Shown piece by piece: positions 1-8,954 of a stretch of DNA of 64,000 nt (positions within the stretch are counted from its first letter, which is position 1; every line of letters starts with the position of its first letter). Source of the DNA: a virus; the IMG/VR virus record IMGVR_UViG_3300040815_002027, one strand, 5' to 3'. The position numbers and the translations under genes were made by a program. The notes below the pieces were generated by a model, which worked only from the letters and a program-made list of their open reading frames with translations, was not told the origin of the DNA and searched no databases.

Positions 1-2
1 AG

Positions 3-176
3 TTAAAAAAATTGCGTTTATCTGATGTTGTAAAATCGTTGCCTAAAGACACAGACGGATGCAATATAAACAGTGTTAGCAACTATTTTCACTGCCAAAG
101 AGAAGAAGAGATGGAAAGTAAATGTCAAACACAATGTGAACACTGTAAAGAATATTACAAACCATTAGAGCAATAA
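3..176 (+). CDS. 3' end of a small Cys-rich hypothetical protein (partial), reading through two GTT junction-like sites
   Basis: Manually translated open frame LKKLRLSDVVKS...CNINSVSNYFHC...CQTQCEHC...LEQ*; stop lies just before the AAC element at 187. Confidence 0.6.
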   Translation, partial: LKKLRLSDVVKSLPKDTDGCNINSVSNYFHCQREEEMESKCQTQCEHCKEYYKPLEQ

Positions 177-279
177 TATTACTGCCAACGTTTTGGCTAT
201 GTGCCGTATGACGATAGGAATATGGACATATAGCCGTTGTTGTGCATAGTAGCGGATTAATTAACTAAAGTTTGAATAA

Positions 280-465
280 ATGAAATTACAATTCTTAACA
301 ATCGAAATTGATGGAAAATGCTTTGACTTACCAAAGGATATGCAGATTCCGCAGAAAGGTAGCACTGTATTTATTGAGGGTAAAACAGGGATAGTTGAAA
401 ACATTCACTACCATATAGTAGACGGAAAAGTACACATGATAAGCATTTTTGCTACGAAAGGGTAG
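280..465 (+). CDS. hypothetical protein (cargo of GTT...AAC segment)
   Basis: ORF track, 61 aa; fills segment 239-479. Confidence 0.75.
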   Translation: MKLQFLTIEIDGKCFDLPKDMQIPQKGSTVFIEGKTGIVENIHYHIVDGKVHMISIFATKG

Positions 466-476
466 CTATTATGCAC

Positions 477-497
477 AACTATTTGTTAATCCAAGTT
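477..497. repeat. AACTATTTGTTAAYCCAAGTT conserved site, copy 1 (others at 1295-1315 and 11680-11700)
   Basis: Three copies, identical except one base, each directly after a gene 3' end finishing in AAC. Confidence 0.85.
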
Positions 498-520
498 ATT
501 AAGATAAAAAACAATAAAAG

Positions 521-682
521 ATGAAAAAGTACAGAATTACAATTAGAACCAGTTTTGGGTCATTTGAGATTGATGACATTGAAGCACAAGATGAGGATGA
601 GGCATTTGATAAGGCTTGTGAAGAGGCTAAAAAAGAAATTGATTGTGCAAAACTGGATGAAGTTTATGAGTACGATTCTTAA
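521..682 (+). CDS. small acidic hypothetical protein (53 aa, below ORF-track cutoff)
   Basis: MKKYRITIRTSFGSFEIDDIEAQDEDEAFDKACEEA...YDS*; A-rich leader. Confidence 0.75.
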   Translation: MKKYRITIRTSFGSFEIDDIEAQDEDEAFDKACEEAKKEIDCAKLDEVYEYDS

Positions 683-734
683 TGGTGCATAACGGTACAG
701 TATAACAGTAGTGCGGATAATTAAAAACAATAAT

Positions 735-941
735 ATGGATAAGTACACGAAAAAAGCGGTGTTTAGTTACTTAAAGAAGTATGACCACATAGCAAACGAA
801 GAGGACTTTATAGAAGTTACTGAATGGAAAAACGGTGAAGGATTTGATGTAGAGATAGTTGGAAAATTAAGTACAAGGTTTCAATTAACTTGGGGTGAAT
901 ACACCGCTTTGAAGAAGTTGGTTAAAAAACTTGATGGTTAG
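735..941 (+). CDS. hypothetical protein inside the loop of an AAC...GTT hairpin segment
   Basis: ORF 711-941; ATG 735 preferred; stop overlaps right IR arm. Confidence 0.75.
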   Translation: MDKYTKKAVFSYLKKYDHIANEEDFIEVTEWKNGEGFDVEIVGKLSTRFQLTWGEYTALKKLVKKLDG

Positions 942-1039
942 CATTACTGTTATACATTGTTGTAGTGTCGTTTTAATGCACTACAACGGCTACAGGTATG
1001 GCAATGTAATTTTACGGATTTGAAACACGGAAATTAATT

Positions 1040-1276
1040 ATGGACAAGATAGATAGATTAAAGCAATTACTTCTGACACACAGAACAGAAGATATAAGCA
1101 AATTAACATTTGAAGAAAGGATTGATTTTGACGATGCGTTTGCACAAGAGATAGTAAAATTATTTGCTATACCTGATGTTATAGAGCCGAAGGGAAAGTT
1201 AAAATGCGAATGTAAAGATGAGTGGATGGAAGATGTTATTTATGTTCAGTGTAGTAAGTGTGGTGAAAAGTACTAA
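1040..1276 (+). CDS. chimeric hypothetical protein with C-terminal Cys-rich zinc-ribbon-like module
   Basis: ORF crosses the GTT junction at 1178 (LFAIPD|V); CEC...CSKC at C-terminus. Confidence 0.75.
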   Translation: MDKIDRLKQLLLTHRTEDISKLTFEERIDFDDAFAQEIVKLFAIPDVIEPKGKLKCECKDEWMEDVIYVQCSKCGEKY

Positions 1277-1331
1277 CGCATTTTAATTCTCTATAACTAT
1301 TTGTTAATCCAAGTTATAAAAATAAGGAACA

Positions 1332-1700
1332 TTGGCAAATAAAAATAAAGACCTTAAATTAGTAAAAGTTGGTACTGTTCGAAAACATATGGATGCGCAT
1401 TTTAGAGATGAAATCAGCTACTCTGAAGCAGTTAATAGAATAAATAAAGAAGCAAATAAAAATATGAGAAATATGAAAGCAAAATTAACATTTATACTGC
1501 CAGAAGATAGGTACGAATATGACATGGCAGTCAATGGAAGCAATTGGCATCACGTTGCTTGGGAGATGTACCAATACTTGAGAGGCAAAACTAAATATGC
1601 ACCAGATGATGCTCATGAGGAGTACACTCAAGCAATGTCTGATTGTAAGGATAAGTTGTTTGAAATTATGCGAGAAAACGGAGTAGATTTTGACTTATGA
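1332..1700 (+). CDS. hypothetical phage protein
   Basis: ORF track; start uncertain (TTG, or internal ATG at MKAKLTF). Confidence 0.6.
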   Translation: MANKNKDLKLVKVGTVRKHMDAHFRDEISYSEAVNRINKEANKNMRNMKAKLTFILPEDRYEYDMAVNGSNWHHVAWEMYQYLRGKTKYAPDDAHEEYTQAMSDCKDKLFEIMRENGVDFDL

Positions 1701-2341
1701 GAAAATCAAAGTTTGACATATCATCACAAAAACCTTTGAGTTTTAGAATCAAAGAGTTTTTTAGAAGCCTACTTTTTTGGAAAGGTAGACAGAAAGGTGT
1801 GATTCATACCCGTAATATTATATTGGATGATTTCCGATATAAGGATGATTTCCGATACATCTTTTTTCCAAAAGATTTTGCTGAGAAATATGGATATTTG
1901 GGTACTTCTGTTTGGAATGAGGATAGTGTTTATTTCAAAGCACTTTATCCACTTGTTCTTGCATTAGATTATGAAGCAAAACCAAAATGGTGTCCAAGAT
2001 GGTTTCTTCGTTTTCTTGATGTATTTGGTTCTGATAGGTCAGTCGTTAGAGTTAGGAATTTGAGATTGCACAATTTACAAACAAAACTAACCAAAGGAAT
2101 TGCATTTGTAGATTGGAAAACAAAATGGAGTGATTACGATTTAAGAATCAGTATCCATGCACCTTCTCACTTACAAGATTTGGCTTCAGCCATTGAAGAA
2201 AAGTTTTATTCTAAAGGTAGACAGAAAGAGTTAGTAAAACAAATCAAACAGTTAGACCCAAATGCCTCTATAATATGGGGGAGTATAAAACGGTTAGAAG
2301 AACAATTAGAGAAGTTAGAAAATAAGGTTGTAGACTTATAA
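1697..2341 (+). CDS. hypothetical phage protein
   Basis: 214-aa ORF coupled to the upstream stop; internal DDFRYK-DDFRY duplication. Confidence 0.8.
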   Translation: MRKSKFDISSQKPLSFRIKEFFRSLLFWKGRQKGVIHTRNIILDDFRYKDDFRYIFFPKDFAEKYGYLGTSVWNEDSVYFKALYPLVLALDYEAKPKWCPRWFLRFLDVFGSDRSVVRVRNLRLHNLQTKLTKGIAFVDWKTKWSDYDLRISIHAPSHLQDLASAIEEKFYSKGRQKELVKQIKQLDPNASIIWGSIKRLEEQLEKLENKVVDL

Positions 2342-2378
2342 TACCTATAAATAAGGTTGTAGACTTATAATACCTATA
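2321..2378. repeat. perfect 29-bp tandem duplication AATAAGGTTGTAGACTTATAATACCTATA x2
   Basis: Direct inspection. Confidence 0.9.
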
Positions 2379-2408
2379 ATTGTGAATAACTACGATAAGT
2401 TTATTGTA

Positions 2409-2416
2409 TATTTATA
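2409..2416 (+). promoter_or_regulatory. putative phage late promoter TATTTATA (representative copy)
   Basis: Same octamer upstream of genes at 16946, 19811, 29386, 30531, 33417, 33864, 38696, 44143, 55228 (+) and 37583, 38470 (-). Confidence 0.6.
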
Positions 2417-2430
2417 TATAAACAGAATTA

Positions 2431-3135
2431 ATGAAAGACTTAAGAAAATTCTTATCTACAACTGCGAAACAGTATTTGAATGAACAAGCATCATTAGAAA
2501 ATGTGAAACTAAATGATAATTTTTGGGAATGGTTTGGTAATAGTAAAGTTGTTGATAAAGATGGGAATCCAATGATTTGTTATCATGGAACACCAAAAGG
2601 TGGTTTTACTGAATTTAAACCAAAAACTGGTTATAAAGGTAAATCAAAACAACAAGTTGATTTAGGTTCGCATTTTTCAATTGATAAAGAATATGCTTCA
2701 GGATATGCTGGTGATAAAAAAACATCAAAAGTTTATGAATCATTTTTGAGAATAGAAAATCCGTTATATACTAATCAAATGTTTTATAGAGAGGATAATG
2801 AAAAATTATTTCTCAATTATTTGAATTTTATAACCAAAACATTCAAATTAAAATTAGGTGGTGATTACTACTATAACAAAAATGGAGATAAGCAAAATGA
2901 ACCACAAAATATTATGCTCAATAGTTTTTTGATTGATAAAATACCATCAAATAAACTTTATAATAGTTTAATAGAATTTGGTTTTGATGGTGTTTTTCAC
3001 GAACCATATAATAGGGAGGGGTTGAGTCATTTTAAAAAACATCCATTGGCATACATAATTATAGAACCGAACCAAGTTAAATCAATTGATAATGATGGTA
3101 GTTGGGATGTAAATGATAATAATATTTATTCTTAA
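2431..3135 (+). CDS. ADP-ribosyltransferase-like protein (ART-PolyVal type)
   Basis: FWEWFGNSKVVDKDGNPMICYHGT, HFS..KEYASGYA, GFDGV, PNQVKSIDNDG motifs. Confidence 0.75.
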   Translation: MKDLRKFLSTTAKQYLNEQASLENVKLNDNFWEWFGNSKVVDKDGNPMICYHGTPKGGFTEFKPKTGYKGKSKQQVDLGSHFSIDKEYASGYAGDKKTSKVYESFLRIENPLYTNQMFYREDNEKLFLNYLNFITKTFKLKLGGDYYYNKNGDKQNEPQNIMLNSFLIDKIPSNKLYNSLIEFGFDGVFHEPYNREGLSHFKKHPLAYIIIEPNQVKSIDNDGSWDVNDNNIYS

Positions 3136-3266
3136 TTTTGTGTGGTGGAGAAAAAGTAAAACAAAAAGATTATAATCACGAAACTTAATACGAAGCACAA
3201 ACGTAGCATTGCATATAACTAATCGCTATCCGCATATTTATGGTGGATATACAACAAAAACAAATT

Positions 3267-4010
3267 ATGAAAACAGTTATATTAGGAGACATCCACGGAA
3301 CAAATTATTGGCAAACTATAATAAACTTCGAGAAACCTGATAGAGTTGTGTTCGTAGGAGATTATTTTGATTCTTTTGATATTCCTTACGATAAGCAGAT
3401 AGATAACTTCCTGGACCTCATAGAGTACAAGGAAAAAAGTGGGGGAGAAGTCATACTACTAATAGGTAACCACGACTATCATTATCTACCCTATATAAAC
3501 GACACATATACATCAGGCTATCAATCTAAATATGCTCATTTAATAAAACAAGTAGTAGAAACTAACTTACACCATCTACAGATAGCCTATCAGTTTGATG
3601 ACTTTCTAATAACACATGCAGGAGTAAGTGAAGAGTTTATGGATAATAACTTTGATAAGTGGTCTGAGGAAACTATAGTAGAACATCTTAATGATTTATT
3701 TAAATATAAACCTAATAAGTTTTTATTTAATGGTCTTGACCCTTATGGAGACGATACTTACCAGTCTCCTATATGGATAAGACCTAAAAGTCTTATGAGA
3801 GCAAACAAGACATCAGAACTAAAGAGAAGGTATGTTCAAGTAGTAGGGCATACTCAAGTAAAGGAAATTGATACGAAGGGAGGTGCTACGGGAGGAAGGT
3901 ATTATTTTATCGACTGCTTATCTACGAGTGGGCAGTATATGATCGTAGATGAAGATTCGTTTATTAATTTTAAAAGTTATAGAGATTATGATAAAGAAGA
4001 TACTGAGTAA
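3267..4010 (+). CDS. calcineurin-like metallophosphoesterase
   Basis: GDIHG, GDYFD, GNHD, THAG, VGHT motifs; ATG 3267 preferred. Confidence 0.9.
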   Translation: MKTVILGDIHGTNYWQTIINFEKPDRVVFVGDYFDSFDIPYDKQIDNFLDLIEYKEKSGGEVILLIGNHDYHYLPYINDTYTSGYQSKYAHLIKQVVETNLHHLQIAYQFDDFLITHAGVSEEFMDNNFDKWSEETIVEHLNDLFKYKPNKFLFNGLDPYGDDTYQSPIWIRPKSLMRANKTSELKRRYVQVVGHTQVKEIDTKGGATGGRYYFIDCLSTSGQYMIVDEDSFINFKSYRDYDKEDTE

Positions 4011-4200
4011 AGTTTGGAATTCAAAAATAATTTGTATATTGTTGCACACCAGGATAAAGATAAAGGACTTTCCTTATGAGATAGATCCTGTAACACAACG
4101 GCCCTACGGTAGGTATAAGTGTAAAATTTGCGGGAGAAGATACCTTGCCAATAATAGATTCGATTGGTATCAAATAGATATAAAGAAGAAACATAAATAA
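3988..4200 (+). CDS. hypothetical protein with CxxC
   Basis: ORF track 3949-4200; second ATG preferred. Confidence 0.55.
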   Translation: MIKKILSKVWNSKIICILLHTRIKIKDFPYEIDPVTQRPYGRYKCKICGRRYLANNRFDWYQIDIKKKHK

Positions 4201-4212
4201 ACTAATTATAGA

Positions 4213-4416
4213 ATGAACATAGGCGTACTAAAACATAACGAGACTGGATGGTACATCGAAACTCCAGATAGAGACTATAAACTACATCCTGAAGAAGAGA
4301 AGGTCTGTAACATGTATGTAGACTATTCTATAGACTGGATAGGAAAAACTGTAGAGTTCCGTATAAAGAAAGATAAAAAAATATCCTATGCTATTACAGA
4401 AAAGTTTGTAAAATAG
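4213..4416 (+). CDS. hypothetical protein
   Basis: ORF track. Confidence 0.7.
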   Translation: MNIGVLKHNETGWYIETPDRDYKLHPEEEKVCNMYVDYSIDWIGKTVEFRIKKDKKISYAITEKFVK

Positions 4417-4537
4417 AAAATAAAGATTTATATTAGCGTTTATGAAACACATTAAGCAAGCGTTACGACTATTACTACTATGTTGGCTTATTGTATTTCT
4501 ATTATTTATATTATTAATTAACTTAAATTAAAAGGTT

Positions 4538-4714
4538 ATGGCATTATTTTTTTTCGGTTTGGGAGCAGGAGTTTCTCTGTCGTTGGTTTTATCGTTTATT
4601 GGTATAAGGTCTTTAATTTTATCTAAAAAGAACAGCTCTTCTATAGAGGTGTTAGAGAATGACATTAGTTACAAGCTATCTATGATGCAAAAGCAGATAG
4701 CCAGACTTAAGTAA
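4538..4714 (+). CDS. small membrane-anchored protein (58 aa)
   Basis: MALFFFGLGAGVSLSLVLSFIG... manually translated. Confidence 0.6.
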   Translation: MALFFFGLGAGVSLSLVLSFIGIRSLILSKKNSSSIEVLENDISYKLSMMQKQIARLK

Positions 4715-4779
4715 GATTTTATGTGGGGACAAACTGTCCCCATTTGTTTTGAACTTTAATTTTAATAAAATAATTAACT

Positions 4780-5268
4780 ATGAATTTATTTTTTTTCCTT
4801 GTTGGTGTTAGCTGTTGCTTAATAGTTCTTCTCATTATCAACGCTGTTATTTTGCGAAACGATATAAATAGACTTAGGAAATCAGCATACAGAATGGAGA
4901 AGATGATTGAAGATGTTAATAATTCTTCGGACACTATGGCTATAACGTTAGAGAATAGACAAGATCGTTTAGCAGAAAGTCTCTCTCGCAGAATAGATGA
5001 TTTGATTGCTACTGTAGATGCTAATGAAAAAGATCTCTACAGAGCCTTATCGAACAAAGAGTGTGACATCGATACCAGATTTAATTCTAGTATAAATGGT
5101 ATTTACACTTCTTTAAAAGATATAGAAAATGTTGTTGATAACAACTCCAAAGAGGTTTATAACTCTTTAGATAAGTTAGAAGACAGGTTTGATAATAGGA
5201 TAGATACTGCTATGAAAATCTTTTATGAAGATTTACAAAGTCTAGAAGGTTCTATTGATAAGGCTTAA
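4780..5268 (+). CDS. membrane-anchored coiled-coil protein
   Basis: N-terminal hydrophobic helix followed by heptad-like acidic region. Confidence 0.8.
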   Translation: MNLFFFLVGVSCCLIVLLIINAVILRNDINRLRKSAYRMEKMIEDVNNSSDTMAITLENRQDRLAESLSRRIDDLIATVDANEKDLYRALSNKECDIDTRFNSSINGIYTSLKDIENVVDNNSKEVYNSLDKLEDRFDNRIDTAMKIFYEDLQSLEGSIDKA

Positions 5269-5325
5269 TACTCATGCTTTTTTTATACGTGGGAGGCTAG
5301 TCCTCCTACTTTTTAAATTTAAATT

Positions 5326-5646
5326 ATGATTAATACGTTACAATACTATTCTGAAAAATCTAAGTTTTTAGTATTCAAATACCATAGAGTAATTTTTGAT
5401 GATCTACTTTTTAAAGGCTGGTCTGCGCATAATAATTATAGAGAGGTTTTATCTTTATACATCTATCTTATGAATGTTTACTTTAGAGTCCCTTTAAACT
5501 TATTAGCATCTACTCTTCCGATTGAGGAGTGTAGGTGTAAACTATATCTGGATAGTATTAAGATTTCATATATAACTAAAATATCTGAAAAATTAGACAA
5601 TTATTCTGAACAGTATGATATAACTTTAGCTAAGTTGTTTAAGTAG
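5326..5646 (+). CDS. hypothetical protein
   Basis: ORF track. Confidence 0.6.
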   Translation: MINTLQYYSEKSKFLVFKYHRVIFDDLLFKGWSAHNNYREVLSLYIYLMNVYFRVPLNLLASTLPIEECRCKLYLDSIKISYITKISEKLDNYSEQYDITLAKLFK

Positions 5647-5755
5647 CCCAAACAAACTCTTCGCATCTTAGTTTGTTTTTAAATGTTTTTTTGTGAAAGG
5701 GTGAGGTAAAGTTCTCACCCTATTTAGAATCCAAAAAAGTTGCCGAGAAGCCCTA

Positions 5756-6025
5756 ATGAAAAATATACATACACTACAACTACATAATAAACTAATAATA
5801 GATAATAACACTTCAGTACTAAAAGTACCCAATGGACTAATATATACTATAAAGACAATAGAAACTATAACTAATACTAAAGATAATTCTAAATACACTA
5901 TAACAAATACTAATATAGTGTATGTACCTTATACTAATAACACTGATACTATAACAAATAAGGATACAGATAATAAACCTAACCCAGATATAGATCTACC
6001 AGATAGTCAATACACTATAATATAA
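5756..6025 (+). CDS. T/N-rich hypothetical protein
   Basis: ORF track; low-complexity, G-poor DNA. Confidence 0.45.
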   Translation: MKNIHTLQLHNKLIIDNNTSVLKVPNGLIYTIKTIETITNTKDNSKYTITNTNIVYVPYTNNTDTITNKDTDNKPNPDIDLPDSQYTII

Positions 6026-6154
6026 CTTTATTATGTTTATCAAACTAAAATGATTGTTAAATTAAATACATACACTATAACTAATAGGTTATTTTATAGT
6101 ATATATACACTATAATATATAACTACAAAGTATACGTTAGTCTTTCGTTTTTAC

Positions 6155-6188
6155 AGGCTTCTCACTTAGGTGGGAGGCCTTTTTATTT
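6155..6188 (+). terminator. intrinsic terminator
   Basis: AGGCTTCTCAC-TTAG-GTGGGAGGCCT followed by T tract. Confidence 0.8.
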
Positions 6189-6865
6189 ATAACCCTAAAG
6201 GGTGGAGGTGGGAAGGATTACAAAACGCATTCTAAAGGTTTACAAAATGTTTATCAAACTGGGGTGTCAAATTGGGGAGGTAGGTGCATATTTGCCCTGT
6301 CTTTTTCTCGACCCTCCATTTTTTTCCTACCAAATTTTATTTGGCCTGGGCTGGCCATCCTTCCTGGTTGATCTTCACCTGCCTGGTGGGTGGAGGACCT
6401 GGTCTGGTAGGAAATGCTTATAAGGGTCTACCTCATATCTATTTGTTTTGCGTGTTTGGTCAACCAGGGTCTGGTTGGAATAACTTATTTTTGAAAAAAG
6501 TTGGGAAAATATTTGGAGATGTGGGTGAGGTTATATTATCTTTGTGGAACTTTAAGCAAGGGGGGAGTCCTTCCTCCCGTTTCCATGTTTTAAGTTTTAG
6601 TTGATTAATGATTTTGGGGCCTCCTCTTTAACTAGGGGAGGCTTTCTTTTTATAACTCCAGAAGCTTATAAGGATGTTTCTGTATACTGGATTGTTTGCG
6701 TGTTTGACCAACCAGGCCTGGCAGGCTGGTAAGTTTGGTGTGAAGTTAGTAGGCGGCTTGGATCCTTAAGTTCAGTATAAAGTTAAACTACCTATTATAT
6801 AAGGTGTAGTATACTATATACACTATATACTATAAAGTTATTTTTTTTTAAAAAAGTTGCAGCGA

Positions 6866-6902
6866 GGTATTGTGTAATTAAAAACTTACTTATATATTTG
6901 CG
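6866..6902 (+). promoter_or_regulatory. Bacteroidota sigma-A-type promoter (TTG -33 / TATATTTG -7), representative of about 12 copies in 6.5-15.9 kb
   Basis: TAnnTTTG boxes near 6893, 7896, 8224, 8917, 10132, 10377, 11346, 12403, 13436, 14306, 14752, 15823, each shortly upstream of a gene; several share AAAAGTTTGCGGAGAAGAAATAAAAAACTATATTTGCAGAACATTAAT. Confidence 0.85.
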
Positions 6903-6928
6903 ACATCGTTAATCACTAAAATAGAAAT

Positions 6929-7324
6929 ATGATGAAAAAGATCAGGGTAACAAATGAAGAACTATTCTACGGTAAGAATGTAGAAGTATTTACTGAGAAC
7001 TTAAATGTAGGTACTATTAGAGGTAGGTTTATTGGTACTGGACATTTACGCATTGTATGGGATGGGGACTCTATGGTAAGTTCTGGTGAGTTTGGGAGGG
7101 ATGATTTTGAGGAGGACTTTGGGTTTGTGTTTGAGGTGGAGAAAAATCCTAAAGAGGAGCAGTACTTTATACTGAGGGATATCCAGAGGTCTGGGTATAA
7201 TGTAGTAACGTGTGGAGATTGTGGCACGGTTAATCTTGTTAGGTTTTCTGATGGAGACTTTTACAAGTGCCATAAATGTGGGTTTGATGATGACAGTAGT
7301 TCTTTTCCAGATTTATTTTATTAA
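6929..7324 (+). CDS. early protein with C-terminal zinc ribbon
   Basis: CGDCG...CHKCG, FPDLFY terminus; behind host-type promoter. Confidence 0.8.
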   Translation: MMKKIRVTNEELFYGKNVEVFTENLNVGTIRGRFIGTGHLRIVWDGDSMVSSGEFGRDDFEEDFGFVFEVEKNPKEEQYFILRDIQRSGYNVVTCGDCGTVNLVRFSDGDFYKCHKCGFDDDSSSFPDLFY

Positions 7325-7345
7325 TTAATTTAAAACTTAAATATT

Positions 7346-7633
7346 ATGACAAAGACAAAGATGTGTTCATTGGTAAAGTTAAACAACCTTATCTACAACT
7401 TTACCAAAGTTATTCCTTCCCTAAAGGAGCAGTACCTTCACTTTCATTATGATATATCTACGGATACAATATCTCTATTAGAGATTAATGGTGGAAAGCC
7501 TATGGAGGGAGATGATATGTCTATAAGGTTTTCTGAGGAGGGTGATTTGTATGAGATTACTGTAACTGGGGATAAGTCCTTTTGTAATACGGTAGGTGAT
7601 GTATTAAATCATATAGAGAATTGGTTTGCATAA
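7346..7633 (+). CDS. hypothetical early protein
   Basis: ORF track. Confidence 0.75.
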   Translation: MTKTKMCSLVKLNNLIYNFTKVIPSLKEQYLHFHYDISTDTISLLEINGGKPMEGDDMSIRFSEEGDLYEITVTGDKSFCNTVGDVLNHIENWFA

Positions 7634-7663
7634 TAACTTGTTTTATATCTGGAATTGGTGATG

Positions 7664-7698
7664 AACCTCTCCCCAACTTTTGGTGGAGGGGTTTTTTT
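7664..7698 (+). terminator. intrinsic terminator (related copies near 8697 and 11103)
   Basis: AACCTCTCC...GGAGGGGTT followed by T tract. Confidence 0.8.
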
Positions 7699-7934
7699 AT
7701 GCTTATAAGGATCTACCTTATATCTATTTGTTTTGCGTGTTTGCCCAACCAGGGAAGGTCTGGCCTGGTTAGTTTACTTTGAAGTTATTATAGAGCTGGT
7801 TAGTTTACTATAAACTTATTATATGTAGATCTACTTTAAAGTTATTTTTTTTGAAAAAAGTTGGGGTGAGGTATTGCGTAATTAAAAACTTACCTATATA
7901 TTTGCAACATCATTAATCATTAAAACAAAAAATT

Positions 7935-8198
7935 ATGAAAGCTTTTGTAGTATTAATCCTAGTTGAAGGTTCATTAGTAGAGCCAAGAAAGACTTGTGAA
8001 TTCCTTGAAGGAACTAAATTTGATATCGGAGGTTCAGTTCAAGCCACATCTACTGACGTATTGAACAAGGTTCTGTTTGAATTAGGTCTAAATGATTCTG
8101 ATGGCATAGGAGTGCTTTCAATTTCAGACTTTATGGACAGGTTTAATGACCAAGAATTAAACCCAGATGACTACTTTATGTCTTATGTGTATGCTTAG
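7935..8198 (+). CDS. hypothetical early protein
   Basis: ORF track, own promoter. Confidence 0.8.
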   Translation: MKAFVVLILVEGSLVEPRKTCEFLEGTKFDIGGSVQATSTDVLNKVLFELGLNDSDGIGVLSISDFMDRFNDQELNPDDYFMSYVYA

Positions 8199-8261
8199 TA
8201 TTGTGTAATTAAAAACTTTCCCCTATATTTGCAATCATTAATTAACTTTAAACTAAACAAT

Positions 8262-8672
8262 ATGGAAAACTTACAAATGATAAATATGTTAGACTTTCTG
8301 TTTGATATGTTAGAGCATTACCCAGACTTCCCAAATTATTCAGAAGCAAAACAGTTATCTGTTCTTACAAAGCATATAAACTATCAAGATGGTCATACTA
8401 AATTAAATTTACAGTATGATTATATAGGAGAAGCATCAGATGATTACTATAAAGTTATATTTGATATGAGTGATTTTGGTGAGGTATTTAAGTATGCAGA
8501 TGAAGAGGTTTTATCTGAAATAAAAAGTAGTGAAGAGTTTAAGAGTAATAATAAGTATTTTATGTTTAATGGTAAAGGTATAGTATCTAATGATGATATT
8601 ACTGTGTTAGGTTTTGACTCTAAAAAGATTGCACAGTACATATTAGAAGAGTATCATAATTTTATATGTTAG
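8262..8672 (+). CDS. hypothetical early protein
   Basis: ORF track 8229-8672; ATG 8262 lies downstream of the promoter. Confidence 0.8.
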   Translation: MENLQMINMLDFLFDMLEHYPDFPNYSEAKQLSVLTKHINYQDGHTKLNLQYDYIGEASDDYYKVIFDMSDFGEVFKYADEEVLSEIKSSEEFKSNNKYFMFNGKGIVSNDDITVLGFDSKKIAQYILEEYHNFIC

Positions 8673-8954
8673 CATAGTTTCGGATAGTATGTTTGAGCCT
8701 CTCCGCCAGATTTTGGTTGGAGGGGTTTTTTTATGCTTATAAGGATCTACCTTATACCTATCTGTTTTGCGTGTTTGCCCAACAGAGCTGGCTGATCTGT
8801 AAGTTTACTTTGAAGTTATTATATGTACTGGGTAGTTTACTGTAAACTTATTATATATAGGTTTAATAAAAAGTTATTTTTTTTTCAAAAAAGTTTGCGG
8901 AGAAGAAATAAAAAACTATATTTGCAGAACATTAATCATTAAAACATAACAAAC

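Larger units (their letters stand above)
75..1317. mobile_element. attC-like cassette array of alternating GTT...AAC and AAC...GTT segments, each bounded by its own inverted repeats
   Basis: IR pairs: GTTGTGCATAGTAGC 239-253 / GCTATTATGCACAAC 465-479; GTATAACAGTAGTGC 700-714 / GCATTACTGTTATAC 941-955; GTTGTAGTG 959-967 / CACTACAAC 979-987; CAGGTATGGCAA 993-1004 / TTGCTATACCTG 1164-1175; GTTATAGAG 1178-1186 / CTCTATAAC 1289-1297; hairpin 195-235 between AAC 187 and GTT 239. Confidence 0.7.

Noticed and set aside
1825-1858. 18-bp in-frame duplication (DDFRYK-DDFRY)
   Set aside because: Real but most simply a slippage duplication with no wider pattern
6202-6604. ORFs 6202-6423 and 6284-6604
   Set aside because: Non-ATG starts, atypical composition, and overlap with the repeat motif and promoter; likely non-coding
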